Assembly: GCF_037042905.1 (NCBI RefSeq)
Contig: NC_087250.1
Location: 9,674,001-9,738,000, forward strand
Length of the DNA: 64,000 nt
Source of the DNA: Lytechinus pictus
Lineage: Eukaryota
Direction: 5' to 3'
Shown here piece by piece: positions 35,652-49,084 of this stretch; the stretch's first letter is position 1, and each line of letters begins with the position of its first letter. The notes beneath the pieces were generated by a model, which saw nothing but the letters and a program-made list of their open reading frames with translations, was not told the DNA's origin and searched no databases. The position numbers were made by a program, and so were the translations under genes.

Positions 35652-36246
35652 AGGGGAATCCAGCCCTGGCCATACACTGTTGTGTTGAGAAGGAGAAAAA
35701 TAAATTAAAGAGAATGGTGATAGTTTGAAAGAAATTGGACAAGCAATAATAAAGTTATAGCTGTTTATAAATTGAGATCACTAATACTATGTAGATTTCA
35801 AATTGGCAAATGGGTAAGTAAATTATGACAAGGGGCAAGGACAACTTTCCCATAGGCCATGTACTTTATTATCAGCGATTTGTGGTTTTCTCCTAAGTAC
35901 CCATTCCCCTGGGGCCTTAATCTAAATATAAAAAAGGTAGTATATTGTTTTATGTCTTCATGAAAGAAAAACATAAATTAAAATAAAACTTTTGGGAAAA
36001 AATGACATTTTAGCCATAATATGCATTGGAGTACATGGAAGAGTATTCCTTGCCTTACATCACTATGACATCCCATATGCGGCCATTTGAAGTCTCCATG
36101 GGTATAGTGATTACCAATATTTACAACTTTTAAAAATTCTTAACTTTCTTGTTGTTTGTCCAAAATTGTTCAAACTTCCACCTATCAACTTGTCTGATTT
36201 TTCTTTTCCTTATAAAAACAAGTTTTTATTTGGGCTTGATTCCCCT
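35652..36246. mobile_element. TTAA-flanked (Kolobok-like) MITE (duplicate 59374-59967)
   Basis: TTAA|AGGGGAATC.A.CCC...GGG.TTGATTCCCCT|TTAA. Confidence 0.88.
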
Positions 36247-36989
36247 TTAAAGGTATACGTTCCTGGAATTCATGAGGGCGTTGGACAAACTACGCTCAAC
36301 TTGCGGCGCCAGCTACTCATTGGCACCAGTGCAATACGACGCCTACGCAGATGCCACGTTCTGTATGCCCGAACTGCATGACGACTTTCAATTCGCGTAT
36401 GCTTCAGCTGCTGTTCAAAGATCTTGGCAGGTTGGCCCCGCCTCCTACTGCAGTGACGTAAGCAGATCAACGCAGCGCAGTACTGTGCATAGGTACATGC
36501 ACATCACTGGTGATTGACAGCCGCATGCAAATTACATGTACGACAATGATCTTTGTAAAGAGGTAAGAGGCGAGTAGAGCAGTAACAATACCGTCCAACA
36601 GCGCCATACCTTTTAGTGAGCATATCCGAGATACCGAATTCAAATGATGACCGGAAGCACTCTCAAAACAAAACAGTCGAAATGACTAGTTAATCGGGTC
36701 AGTTGAGTGCAAACTGTCATTCTAGTCATGTGTATTCTAATTGTATTTTACTAGAACAGAGTTATTTCTGACTAGAATATACGTCAGAAATGTGACTAGA
36801 CATTGTCAGTTGCACCCAGCTGACTACTGATCTAGTCATTTTGACTGCTGTGATTCAAGGATGTGTGACCAGGGCTTCACAAGACAAAGAGCCTTGCTCT
36901 AAAACTGACCATGCTCATGCATGGAATTAACTTCAAGAAAAAAATTAATAGGACGAACATCCATTTCCTATCTACAACATAAATGATTT

Positions 36990-37140
36990 ATACCTCGGTC
37001 ACATTTGCTCTACGGCGAGTCGAAAACAGCCGTTTTATTCATTTTTTCTAAACCACCTTTATGTAGCTGGTACAAAAATGTTAAAACGGTCGTTTTCGAT
37101 TCGCCGTACGGCCGCCGTAGAGCAAATGTGACCGAGGTAT
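36990..37140. mobile_element. Palindromic MITE (duplicate 60727-60877)
   Basis: Perfect TIR ATACCTCGGTCACATTTGCTCTACGGCG. Confidence 0.85.
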
Positions 37141-37299
37141 CAGTGTTAAACAGTGTGGCCCGTATTCTGAACTTCGGTTTAATCTAAACTCTTGTCTAAA
37201 GTTGTGGTTTAACAATGAAAAGTCAGTCGTGGCACAAGTCTCTAGGAAAAAAGTATTTGGCAGACTAGTTAATTAGAATATAAAAATGTGTAAAAATAG

Positions 37300-38875
37300 T
37301 AACTTATATATTTTTTCTTGCCATCCAGGCTGAAAGCTGGCTCATTAAACATAAGGAGCGCGCAATTAAAACCAAACCATTCAATTTTTGGCCTCTCGTA
37401 GTTTTAACACTGGCTTAGACTATTCTATAACTTACACCCTACTTCGGAATACCGTCCAACCTTATATATTTTTCTTGCCATCCAGGCTGGAGGCTGGCTC
37501 ATTAAACATAAGGAGCGCGCAATTAAAACCAAACCATTTAATTTTTGGCCTCTCATAGTTTTAACACTGGCTTAGACTATACTATAACTTACACCTTACT
37601 TCAGAATACCGTCCAACCTTATATATTTTTTCTTGCCATCCAGGCTGAAAGCTGGCTCTTTAAACATAAGGAGCGCGCAATTAAAACCAAACCATTCAAT
37701 TTTTGGCCTCTCGTAGTTTTAACACTGGCTTAGACTATTCTATAACTTACACCCTACTTCGGAATACCGTCCAACCTTATATATTTTTCTTGCCATCCAG
37801 GCTGGAGGCTGGCTCATTAAACATAAGGAGCGCGCAATTAAAACCAAACCATTTAATTTTTGGCCTCTCATAGTTTTAACACTGGCTTAGACTATACTAT
37901 AACTTACACCTTACTTCAGAATACCGTCCAACCTTATATATTTTTCTTGCCATCCAATCTGAAAGCTGGCTCATTAAACACAAGGAGCGCGCAATTAAAA
38001 CCAAACCATTCAATTTTTGGCCTCTCGTAGTTTTAACACTGGCTTAGACTATTCTATAACTTACACCCTACTTCGGAATACCGTCCAACCTTATATATTT
38101 TTCTTGCCATCCAGGCTGGAGGCTGGCTCATTAAACATAAGGAGCGCGCAATTAAAACCAAACCATTTAATTTTTGGCCTCTCATAGTTTGAACACTGGC
38201 TTAGACTATACTATAACTTACACCCTACTTCGGAATACCGTCCAACCTTATATATTTTTCTTGCCATCCAGGCTGGAGGCTGGCTCATTAAACATAAGGA
38301 GCGCGCAATTAAAACCAAACCATTTAATTTTTGGCCTCTCATAGTTTGAACACTGGCTTAGACTATACTATAACTTACACCTTACTTCAGAATACCGTCC
38401 AACCTTATATATTTTTTCTTGCCATCCAGGCTGAAAGCTGGCTCATTAAACATAATGAGCGCGCAATTAAAACCAAACCATTCAATTTTTGGCCTCTCGT
38501 AGTTTTAACACTGGCTTAGACTATTCTATAACTTACACCCTACTTCGGAATACCGTCCAACCTTATATATTTTTCTTGCCATCCAGGCTGGAGGCTGGCT
38601 CATTAAACATAAGGAGCGCGCAATTAAAACCAAACCATTTAATTTTTGGCCTCTCATAGTTTTAACACTGGCTTAGACTATACTATAACTTACACCCTAC
38701 TTCGGAATACCGTCCAACCTTATATATTTTCCCTTGCCATCCAGGCTGGAGGCTGGCTCATTAAACATAAGGAGCGCGCAATTAAAACCAAACCATTTAA
38801 TTGTTGGCCTCTCATAGTTTTAACACTGGCTTAGACTATACTATAACTTACACCCTACTTCGGAATACCGTCCAA
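37300..38875 (+). repeat. 157-bp minisatellite, 10 units
   Basis: CTTGCCATCC marker recurs every 157-158 bp from 37317 to ~38733. Confidence 0.95.
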
Positions 38876-39757
38876 TAAGTTCTACGTAGGTTGAAAGTAG
38901 AAAATCACCGTTTGGATCCGTCCCCGTCGATGGAAGTTGAGTCTGTAATAAGCAGCCGAAGCGATGGCATATTTTATTGTTGGCTTCAACGATCTCAAAC
39001 AGACTATACTTAAATAACAACGTGTCTTCCATCACAACACCTCGTACGTATTCAATAAATGAATAATATTTTGACAACTGTAACTGTTTATGTTGATTCA
39101 TATATTCAATAAATATTGGAAGATAAAAAAATTTGCCTAAAATAACATCAAACTTTTTCTTTTTAATGATCAAACATAACAATGGTTTATAGTATTTTTA
39201 CAGTCCATATCAATAAACATTTTTGAAGAACTGTAATATTACATTTCTAATGCTATGGTTACAGCACGTTGTTCGTGTCTTTGCACGAACTTATCTCACA
39301 ACCTAAACTAATTAATGTTTATGATAATCAATAATTGTGAAAAATATATATTATAGATTCACGTATTGGCTCCATACAGTCAGAACAATAAACAGCCCAA
39401 AGTTAATGTTTTTTTTTTTGCTTTGCCTTTTTTTGCCTCTGAATATGATTGATCTGATCATAACAAATTTGAGTAACTTTGAATAAACATTTGTTTGGAA
39501 AAAAAGCATTTACTTTCGGATTTATTTTTTTCACTACATATATGCAGTATATATATATATATATGACCTAGATGGTGCAAACTGAAATATTGTTTTCTGT
39601 GGATCATTGTAATGCCGGGAGTGGCAGAATGGTGCAGGATTAAACTCTGAACATGGTATTTTCATGAATCAGAAGAGTGAATGGAGACATTTAGTCTAGT
39701 CTTACTTTCACTGTGATAAAAAACAATTTTTATGTTTTACATGTTATCACAGTTATA

Positions 39758-39928
39758 TTGTGCTGCACTCAACTCAGGTGAGGTGAATGGGTACCTGGTA
39801 GGAATATATTCCTTGAAATGCCGAGCGCGTAAAATCTGCTTGAGCTACAGCCAGGGTAATAATATCCTAGTCCTTTGAAAGCATAAAGACGTTATTCATA
39901 ATGTGCTATGCGCCATACAAGAACTGAC

Positions 39929-39950
<22 letters not shown>
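39758..39950 (+). mobile_element. 5'-truncated SINE (duplicate ~62866-63060)
   Basis: TGTGCTGCACTCAAC.CAGGTGAGGTGAATGGGTACC core and (ATT)n tail. Confidence 0.75.
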
Positions 39951-39980
<30 letters not shown>

Positions 39981-40087
39981 CCACTCCCGCACTACCATTC
40001 ACACATGCATGCACAGCATTATGATTGATCTGATCTTTAAACAAATGAGTAACTTTGAATAAATATTTGTTTCGAAAAAAACATTAA

Positions 40088-40681
40088 AGGACAAGTCCAC
40101 TCCAACAAAAAGTTGATTTGAATAAAAAGAGAAAAATTCAACAAACAAAACATTGAAAATAGCATCATAATCGGATGTAAAATAAGAAAGTTATTACATT
40201 TTAAAGTTTCGTTTAATTTTACAAAACAGTTATATGCTCATCCTGGTCAGTATGCAAATGAGGAGACTGATGACGTCATCCACTCACTATTTCTTTTGTA
40301 TTTTATTATATGAAATATGAAATATTCTAATTTTCTCCTCATTGCCAAGTGAAACAACGATTAACTCCTCCCTGAACAAGTGGAGTTAGCATTGTTTAAC
40401 ACTATATGGTTCAGTCAAGTTGGTCCTTGATATTATATATTGTATTGTATTGTAAATATTGTACAATTCAAACATAAAAAACAAAAGAAATAGTGAGTGA
40501 TGAACATCATCGACTGACTCACCTAGTTGTGCATATCACTGTTTTGTGAAAAATAAGCGAAACTTTAAAATGTCATAACTTTCTTATTTTACATCCGATT
40601 ATGATGAAATTTTCAGTGTTGTGCTAGTTTTATTTTTCTCTATTTATTCAAATCAACATTTTTTGGGGGTGGACTTGACCT
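40088..40681. mobile_element. TTAA-flanked (Kolobok-like) non-autonomous element, family C
   Basis: TTAA|AGGACAAGTCCAC...GTGGACTTGACCT|TTAA with long imperfect TIRs. Duplicate at 63196-63779, truncated relative at 21063-21600. Confidence 0.88.
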
Positions 40682-42624
40682 TTAACTTAGGAATTAGATG
40701 GACAACTACACCTGGGTTTCCTTATTCATATAGTGCAGTGGGTTCTTAATGTGCAAAGGTGGTGACTTTCCTCGAGACAGGACCTCAAATTAACGCCCTA
40801 TCCGAGAGACGGTTTTCTTCGACTGTAACATAGCCAGCATCGATAGAACAGAAATGAAACGTATATTATTCAATCATGTATATTTTTGTTGTTTTTATAT
40901 TTTTTGGTGACTTATGTTTTAAGGGGCTTGTTGAAAAATAGCCTGACGGTCAAGAGCTTTTTTACACCATATTGAAATTAACAAACAAACAAATAAACAG
41001 AACTGGAGCTTTTTTTTTCCTTGTGCTGATATATCCCTAGACACCTATAACAAACTTAGCACCTAAAAACACTCATAACATGCGTAACTGTAGGAACCGG
41101 TTTGTGCAACATCACCCAATAACAGGTAGGGGAGACCGGTGACAATTGTAACATGTGGCAAATGTAACAGAGGCTCTCACTAGTCCGGCAGCCCAGGAGA
41201 TTTATTCAACCGGAAGCCGGACAAGCAAATGACCCCATAGCTGGATGGCATGGACCCTGAAATTTACAAAAATGCATTGCTGCCGGGTTTTATCCGTGGT
41301 CTTCCCGCCTAAATGATCTATAACGTCACTACAAAATGGCCCTATTTCACCATTTTTTTGACATTCTACACATCGCATGAAGTCAAGGTGGAATAGCTCA
41401 GCCAAACCATACTTGTTTTGTATGAAACTTACAAAATATATTGTTCAAGTATTCAAAAGAGACATGCAAAATTTCACGAACAGGAATTATTGTTTACATA
41501 TGCAAATTACGTCATGAAATTTGCATATCATTAATTTTTGAGATTTTTTGCATCAAAAATTGTCGAAAATCGATTTAGAAATTTATTTTCTTTTTTAGTG
41601 TACTTTTTTTGATATATTTCCTGTCAAGCATAATATCGTTCTCTTTATCTATATCTATACTTTTAGAAAATATATGTCAGTAATTGGAAAAGGCATTATA
41701 GACTGTGATTTCAACCCCCTTTTCAATATGGTGCGTATATAGAAATCGCGCGTTTTGGGCCTATTTTCACCATTTAGCTGAGGTGTGCGAACGATATGCC
41801 CACTTTATCGATGTTTCCTGCATTTTGCATGATATTAAATCTTCGAAACAACATATTTTCATCTTAATTATGTCTCTGCTGATAAATAAATGATTTCAGC
41901 AAAGATTGATTGCCCACTGGGCAGTCTATAGGTTACGTTTTCAGCCTAGTTTTCGACGACGAACCTATACCATGTATGACTGCATTATTGTAGTCAAGTC
42001 GGAAATGGGAGTTCCTGTGCACCATCAAAATATACTTTTAAATCAACGTTTTTGTATTGCCTGAAGTGTCTAGTTAATGAATCTTGATGTTTTCTTTGCA
42101 AAATCGTGTCCCACTGGGTTCAAATTGATATTTCTGGCGGCCCTTTTGGATTTTTTTCAATGAAAATTCATTATTTTCATATTTTTGTGCAGAGAGTGTG
42201 ACAATAGGACAATCTCACATGAATACGCATTTTACTATGATTCGGATAGTAGAAATCGGTTGAAATCGTTTTCTGGACAGACCTGCTAATATATTTTGAA
42301 ATAAATAAAAATATACCCCGAAATTGTCATGCTTTTGGTCCAAAATTTGCATGTGCATTGATATCTATCTGCTCAGTCATTAACATCAACAACTATTGCA
42401 AAATATCAGCATTCGACACGAAAGAGGATATATTATACCAAGAATACTGAAACGCTTCGTGACAGTATAAATGAATGTCTTAATTTGCTTAGTTAAAGGG
42501 AAAATACCATGTATTACTCGTTATTGCGATAAAATGACACAAAAAAGCAACCTCTGTGTCATAGGCACACATGCAAGAGCCCGAGGAAGGTCCCCTTTCC
42601 CTATCAGTAGCTTGTCTAAAAAAT

Positions 42625-43345
42625 GTGATTTTTTGAGCCCCCAATGTGACAAGATGGTGGTTCCTTTATGTAGAAAAACAACTCTTATTTTATTGAAATC
42701 ACTTGGAGACAAAACAGTAGGCTCTTCTCTATCAGCTACATTATAAAGAAGTGAGGGCACAGCAAAGCCTACCCCCCCCCTTACGGGACCGCCAAAGTCC
42801 CCCATCCTTTTTTCGTATTTTGCCCATTTCTTGGAAAATTCGCAATTTTTGTAGCCCCCTTGAAGGGAAAAAACGTTTCTGCTTTGCAGTCAAGTCACCT
42901 TTATTGTTTTTAACCACTTGGAGATAAAAGAATAGACTTTCCTCTATCTGCTACATATAGGGAAGTGCTGACACAGCGAAGCCTAAGCCTAAACCCTCAG
43001 GGTGCTGCCGAAGTCACTCACCCTTTTTTTTTGTATTTTACCTATTTATGGGAAAATATGCCATTTTGGAGCCCCCATTGAGGCAGAAAGCTTTTCTGCT
43101 AGGTAAAAATGCCACTTTTATTGTTTAAAACTATATGGAGACAAAAGAATAAAGTTTCCTCTATCTGCTACATATAAAGAAGTGCTGATACAGCAAAGCC
43201 TATCCCCTCTGGGGACTGTCGAAGTTACCCACCCTTTTTTTATATTTTACCTATTTGTGGGAAAATATGCCATTTTTGGAGCCCCCATTGAGACAAAAAG
43301 CGTTTCTGCTATGTAGTAAGGCCACTTTTATTGTTTTTAAACTAT
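42625..43345 (+). repeat. ~215-bp degenerate tandem repeat (~3.4 units)
   Basis: TTTT.GAGCCCCC...TGGAGA.AAAA...CTCTATC.GCTACA...CACAGC.AAGCCTA recurs at ~42635, 42852, 43069 and 43279. Confidence 0.8.
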
Positions 43346-43348
43346 ATG

Positions 43349-43550
43349 ATGGAGCGTTGTGGCCCAGTGGATAAGTCTTCTGACATTGAAACATTCTGCT
43401 GCACTCGACCCAGGTAAGGTGAATGGGAAACCCGGCAGGATTAATTCCTTGAATGCACGAGCGCTGAAAGGCAGCTCGAGCTAAAGACGGGGTAATAATA
43501 ATAATAACAACGCGCCTCGGAATAGAATATTTCTGGATAGATGGCGATTT
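43349..43550 (+). mobile_element. SINE, internally deleted
   Basis: TGGAGCGTTGTGGCCCAGTGG head. Same 3' part as the 28805 SINE. Confidence 0.8.
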
Positions 43551-45191
43551 ATTGCGATGCCGTTGGGATGAAAGTATATTTCAGGTGTAATTTTCTTTGA
43601 AGAAAAAAAAGTTATATTCGTGCCAAATGTATTCTACTGTCTGTTATTATACTTTGGAACATCGTTTAATAGAAATATATAAATATCAAATCTATGATTT
43701 ATATTACATTTTCTATCATGATATGTCACTACTGAAAACCTATGTTTGTGTTGAAAAGTAACTAACAAAAATATGAAATGTTGTGTCAAGTTTTTATTTT
43801 TATTTGTCTAAAATATGAAGATGTTTGGGGAAAAATGACACATAAATATTGTTCAGCTCTCGATGAAAAAGCAAAGTGATAAAGGGGCATGATATACTCA
43901 TTTGATTGATATCAAATTCGTCATGATAGCACAAATATTTTATAAGATACAGTATAATCTTATGATGTTTGGCAAGTGTCAACTTTTCCCTGGGTGTATG
44001 TAAATTTTTGGCCTCATGACAGCGTGCAAAGCCTTGCATATAAATGTAAAAAAAAAAATACTTTTACACCTCGAAAACAAAGAAAACAAAGCAAATGTTT
44101 GGTTGCAGTATTCCGTGATATATTCTAAGGGTGAAACACTCCATGAAATTTACAAACCAATTCTCCATACGATTACAATCGACAATTGTTCACTGCCAAA
44201 TATTTGTAAAAACATCACAATTCGAAATAATCAATTTACAGTGTTCAGAAAGGATTGTAACATATATATAAAAGGCGTAGAAATGGATAAAACTTCAATA
44301 GGCCGCTTCCTGAGAACAACAAGGGGAGCCCGGGCTTAAAATCTCACAAGTACACTTGATAGAACTTCCCCTACCAAGGCGGGGAAAACATGTCCAGTGT
44401 CCCAGACTATATTATCTCGCAATACTGCATACAAACGTCACCTACTGGCTGGCTCAGTGACTTTGTCAAATTCGAGCAGGCTGGCAAATCACAACCCAGC
44501 ATTCAAACCACCGATATAATAATGGGTGTGACGTAATTATGAAAAGTGGGCAGCTCTCCGATAAACCAATCGCTGATCGGCCACATGGTTTTCGTCAACG
44601 AGAAAGCCACAAATGTTGAGGATATAAATCCACAGGTGAGAGGAAACTCACTGAGGTTCGAGCCATTATCCATATCAGAATTTTTCGGTATGGCCTTAAT
44701 AGAGATCTCTCTTGGCTGGACAAAATTATATATTTTTTTACAAATAATTTCAGGAATATTTCATGAGGTAATCAGCAATAATCATCTTACTAGGCTATCA
44801 ATTTACTTTTAGGTATTATTATTCTTTTTTGTCTAGCACACATTTAATTCTCCTCCAAACATATTGACACTTGATTTCAAGATAAAGTAATATTAGAGTT
44901 CATTGTCACCTCATTTTATCCTGAATTAGTCTCATAAGAGGCCTTTATCGATTACCTTATTCTTTTAATGCATATTCATGAGTCCAGGACGAAGCTGCTG
45001 TTTTGATACACCAATTTTCGACAAAGACTTTATAGGTTAATCTTTGTCACGAATGGGATTCGATAATACATGTTCTATGTTCTTGAAAGAGTTCTTCGTC
45101 GCAGCGCAACAACTTGATAAAGAGATAGGGGTATTGTTGATGAGATATTGCTTGAGTATCGTCTGGGATGGTTTTGCGTCATGCAAAAGAT

Positions 45192-45432
45192 GTGGAGCGT
45201 CGTGGCCTAGTGGATTAGTCTCCGGAATTTGAAACAGAGGGCCGTGGGTTCAAATCCAAGCCATGGCGTAATTTCCTTCAGCAAGGAATTTATCCACAGT
45301 GTGCTGCACTCGACCAAGGTGAGGCACCTGCTTAGCCGGGTAATAAAGATAGCAGGGCCCGCTGGGAGAACAGTTTTCGGAACTGAAGTGGCTACCCTGG
45401 GTAAAAATACCGTTATTATTATTATTATTATC
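45192..45432 (+). mobile_element. Same SINE in duplicate copy 2 (empty site, internal deletion)
   Basis: Aligns to 18269-18545 and 20619 onward. Confidence 0.85.
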
Positions 45433-45807
45433 ATACAGATCGAGCTTGTCTTGGTGTATACATATTGTAATCCTACCGAGTCTGGCCCGAATGCCTCTGG
45501 AAAGCAGACGGCACAAAAAATAAGCATTTTATTTGAGAGACTCAAGGATGCAGGGAAGGGCATGGGCAATATCACAGAATATTAACACAGTGACCAAACA
45601 AAATCAATTCAATTCAATTGTTTATTCCATTTCCATTCAAAACACAATACAAAGTAATATAAATCAGATACAATTTTAGAGATGAGCATCCTTACTTCGT
45701 AAACAAAAAAAATCACAATGTCTTCCCTTTGAAGTAAATAGAAAACAATAATAATGTTTGTAACTAATCATTTATATTGGGATTTATTCATTATTTAGTC
45801 CATATAA

Positions 45808-45965
45808 GGGCTCCGTAACACAAAGGTTTGAACTCAATCGCTAAATACCAATGACCAATCAAGATCTTCGTTGCACGCGCACTTTGTTTAAAATACTGAC
45901 CGGGAACGTTCGGTGCGGTTCTTTCATACATGCAATTCATCGCAAGCCTTTGTGTTACGGAGCCC
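45808..45965. mobile_element. Short MITE, intact here and split by a 5.5-kb insertion in copy 1 (20979-21060 / 26571-26641)
   Basis: TIR GGGCTCCGTAACACAAAGG. Confidence 0.8.
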
Positions 45966-47195
45966 TGAACATATTAATCTTGACTCAATGCAATGTCAAA
46001 ACCTTAATCTGCACCTGCCCCAAATTTAGTGCCGCCCTGTTTCCATGGCAATGTACCGGTGCGTTGTTACGTACACCTGGAATCCAAGCAACATGGGCAT
46101 GATGGGGAAGCTACGAACTGAAGCAGAGGTTCAAGGTTCGAGCCCTGTGTCCCGTTACTCAAAGGTTACTGATTAATCGTACGCTTGATTTTTACTATGG
46201 ATTGTACATCGTATTCAATGCAATACTTAATAACATAATAATTATATACAATTGTTATACAATAATGGCTTAGCCAATATATACATACGCAATGGCAGTC
46301 ATAAAGATACATGTTATATACAATAACCAATGTTACATAGTAATAATGAAAACATATAATGTCATTGTTGGTTTCGTCTGTAATCTGATTGCGCCACACC
46401 AGTGCATACAGGGGGCACCTTGGGGGCGTTTGCCCCCCCCCCAAAAAAAAAAGTTTTCACCATCAAGACAAAAAAAGCGATATAATGTAAAGAAAGGAAA
46501 GAGATGGGTGAAATGTATGTATAATATCATTTTCTGAATATTAAGTCAAAATCTATCACTATATTGGATTTTTGTAACAAAAAATATCGAAAGTTTTGTT
46601 CGTCTCTTCGCTCGCTCGCAACATTCTTTTGATTTTTCCCGGTACACCATATTTGGCACCTAAATTCCTTTGGCTCATTAAACTACTGAGTCGAGCTGAG
46701 TGATTTGTTGAAAATAACATTATCTCCTTACGTTTCGTGTCCATGAATATTCATGAGGCGTACTGACTAAATAAGCCCCATGATATCATAGCTATGTCAA
46801 TCGTGTCGGTACCGAATTGAAGCCATTTTAGTCTTTCCCCGGATGAATAGCATTTCGGACTTTTCGCAATTATTACGGGGAAACTCTCTACAACGCACCA
46901 ATCTCTTTGAAATTTAAGTCAAACAACAATTGAGAGCAGAGAGGCTTTTTCCGAAAGTTGGTGGACCGGGACAGTATCGAATGTTGGTGGACCGGGACAG
47001 TATCGGAATATCTTGACTCTGGACAACGACATATTTGCAATCGTTCGCCCGGTGCAAATCGTCGGATGATCTGCTGTACCAGTCCACCATCTTTCGACAA
47101 AAGCTACTCAGCTCTCCATTGTGATTTTAATTGCATTTCCAAAGGAATCAATGCGTTGTAGATAGTTTCCCTGTAGTAAATGCGAAAGGTCCCTA

Positions 47196-47423
47196 TTAGC
47201 CACAAGAAACAGGGACCTTGCAGACAAAGGGATATTTAAAAGAACATGGTGTGTCTTGCCATCCCGAACGTATTCCCGGGTACATTGTGTAATATGCATC
47301 GGACAAGTCCAGTCCATATCCAGCAAGCCATTTGTTGTAGTTGAACGGTGTCCCATCTGTCCAAACAAAGGGACCAGGTGAGCTGGGTCGGTGAAGCCCG
47401 ATCCAGTACCCGTTATCACCAAT
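47196..47423 (-). CDS. EGF/CTL copy 2, exon 5: IGDNGYWIGLHRPSSPGPFVWTDGTPFNYNKWLAGYGLDLSDAYYTMYPGIRSGWQDTPCSFKYPFVCKVPVSCG*
   Basis: 228 bp, acceptor ttccctccag|, TAA at 47196-47198. Confidence 0.92.
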   Translation of the reverse strand: MGDNGYWIGLHRPSSPGPFVWTDGTPFNYNKWLAGYGLDLSDAYYTMYPGIRSGWQDTPCSFKYPFVCKVPVSCG

Positions 47424-47707
47424 CTGGAGGGAAATTACAGATAAAATACCAAAGTAGGCTTACATATTTTCGATGAAATCTGGGCCCGTAGCAAAAAGAA
47501 AGTTTGAATGTATAACCACATTTGCTTTGATTTTTATGAAAAGCCTGATGTACTTCTGCCAACAGTTTTCTCACTAAAAGGCGCCCATGGCTTCATTGTG
47601 ACACTATCCAAAAGGCGCGTACACCAAAATAACCATTCGAAACCGCACAGAATGGGGCCAAGGCCTTGCACTTTCCACCCATTTGCATAATTGTTTAATC
47701 TTGTAAT

Positions 47708-48428
47708 GGCCCGTATTCTGAAGGCGGGTTTAATTTAAACCCTGGTTTAAAGTTGTGGTTTAACAATGGAAAGCCAGTTGTTAAATATATCTCTAACAGT
47801 ATAAGTTTCATGTATCAGCTCATTTGACTCCCAAAACATTATTAATTGCCTGGGAAGGATAAGTGTGACAGTTGTTCTCACCAGTAAAGAATTAGTAAAG
47901 AGCCAGTAAACATGAGTAGCATTCTGTAAACAAATTTGAAAAATTTGGCTTCTTATAATTTTAGCACAGAGTTATACCCCCGTCACACTTATTCGGAATC
48001 AGCAGGAATCGAGCAGAAGCTGGAAAGAAAAAATATTCAAAACAATTTTGGGAGGAACTTATGAATTCATCAAACTGGAGTTGAAATTCAGTAAATTGAC
48101 CAGGTGTATCATCATACACTAGTAAAAATGAACCGCAATGGAGTCAGATTGATAATTCGTGCTACGTTCTTGGACATTCTAAATATTCTGACTGCATTCT
48201 GAGTGCGTTCGAAATATTTTTGTCATTTCTTTTGGCCGTCCCGAAGGTTTTGGTCATGTTCAAAACATTCGAGGGGTATTCTCGAACGATGTTGGAAGTA
48301 GATTTAAATGACCAATTGGTGGTCAAACAATAGTCCTTTCATTCAGGCCAATTCTGCTTGATTCGGAATAAGTGTGATGGGGGCTTAAGACCATGGTCTA
48401 AGTTAAACCCGAATTCAGAATACGGGCC
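47708..48428. mobile_element. MITE family B containing a nested ~410-bp TIR element (~47975-48385)
   Basis: Outer TIR GGCCCGTATTCTGAA. Inner TIR CCCC.TCACACTTATTC.GAATC. Confidence 0.8.
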
Positions 48429-49084
48429 TATGGGTGCATGTTTAGGAATAAGTGACCCCTTATTCACTGTGATGGAAATTTTTTTTTCAAAGCTGTCTTT
48501 AGCAGTCTCATTTGGCAGTAATGTTTATCAACCTATTGGCAGAATTCTATGCCAAAATGAAATCGATTGTTTATTCATGGATGAGTGAGCACGCATTAAA
48601 AAGGGAAAAAGGCGCATTTTCAATGTCACAGACTCTTCTTTAGGGGGTTGTTAAGTGAATCATTGGGGCAAATTCAAATTCAAATGTGACTTCAACTGCT
48701 GTTGTTTTTAATCATCCATCATATTTATCACCACGCACTTTCCGAACTTTTTACACTTTCATGGTTGAGCGAGCACAATCGAAAACTCTTTTTACTGCAT
48801 AAATGTATTCTTTTCCTAACTCTTTTTACTGCATTCATGTATCATTTTCCTAACAATTTCTCAGGATCAGTTGAAGTCATGGACAAATCAAGCCAGAATT
48901 TGAAAGTGGAGAGGGGCCAAGAAATTGGGGGAGGAGAGCCACTAACATTTTCCAATTTTAACACGTTTTAACTACCATTAACCCCTATGATGATCATGAT
49001 ACATCACACAAAAATTTTGCTCACTCAACCGTTATCAAAATGTTATGTGGAGTGGCTAATTAATGGATAGTAAAACAACATTAA

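Larger units (their letters stand above)
17124..40900 (+). repeat. Segmental duplication, copy 1
   Basis: Colinear with ~44070-64000. Anchors: 17153/44103, 26571/45895, 31757/55379, 37005/60742, 38841/61949. Several large indels. Confidence 0.95.

Noticed and set aside
36166..36517. Overlapping 66-81 aa ORFs identical in both copies
   Set aside because: They lie in the near-identical half of the duplication, so conservation is uninformative. No domain or consistent splice pattern.
37300..38875. CRISPR-like array or repeated 62-aa ORFs
   Set aside because: Head-to-tail 157-bp units with no unique spacers, eukaryotic context, no cas genes. The ORFs start at TTG and simply follow the repeat.
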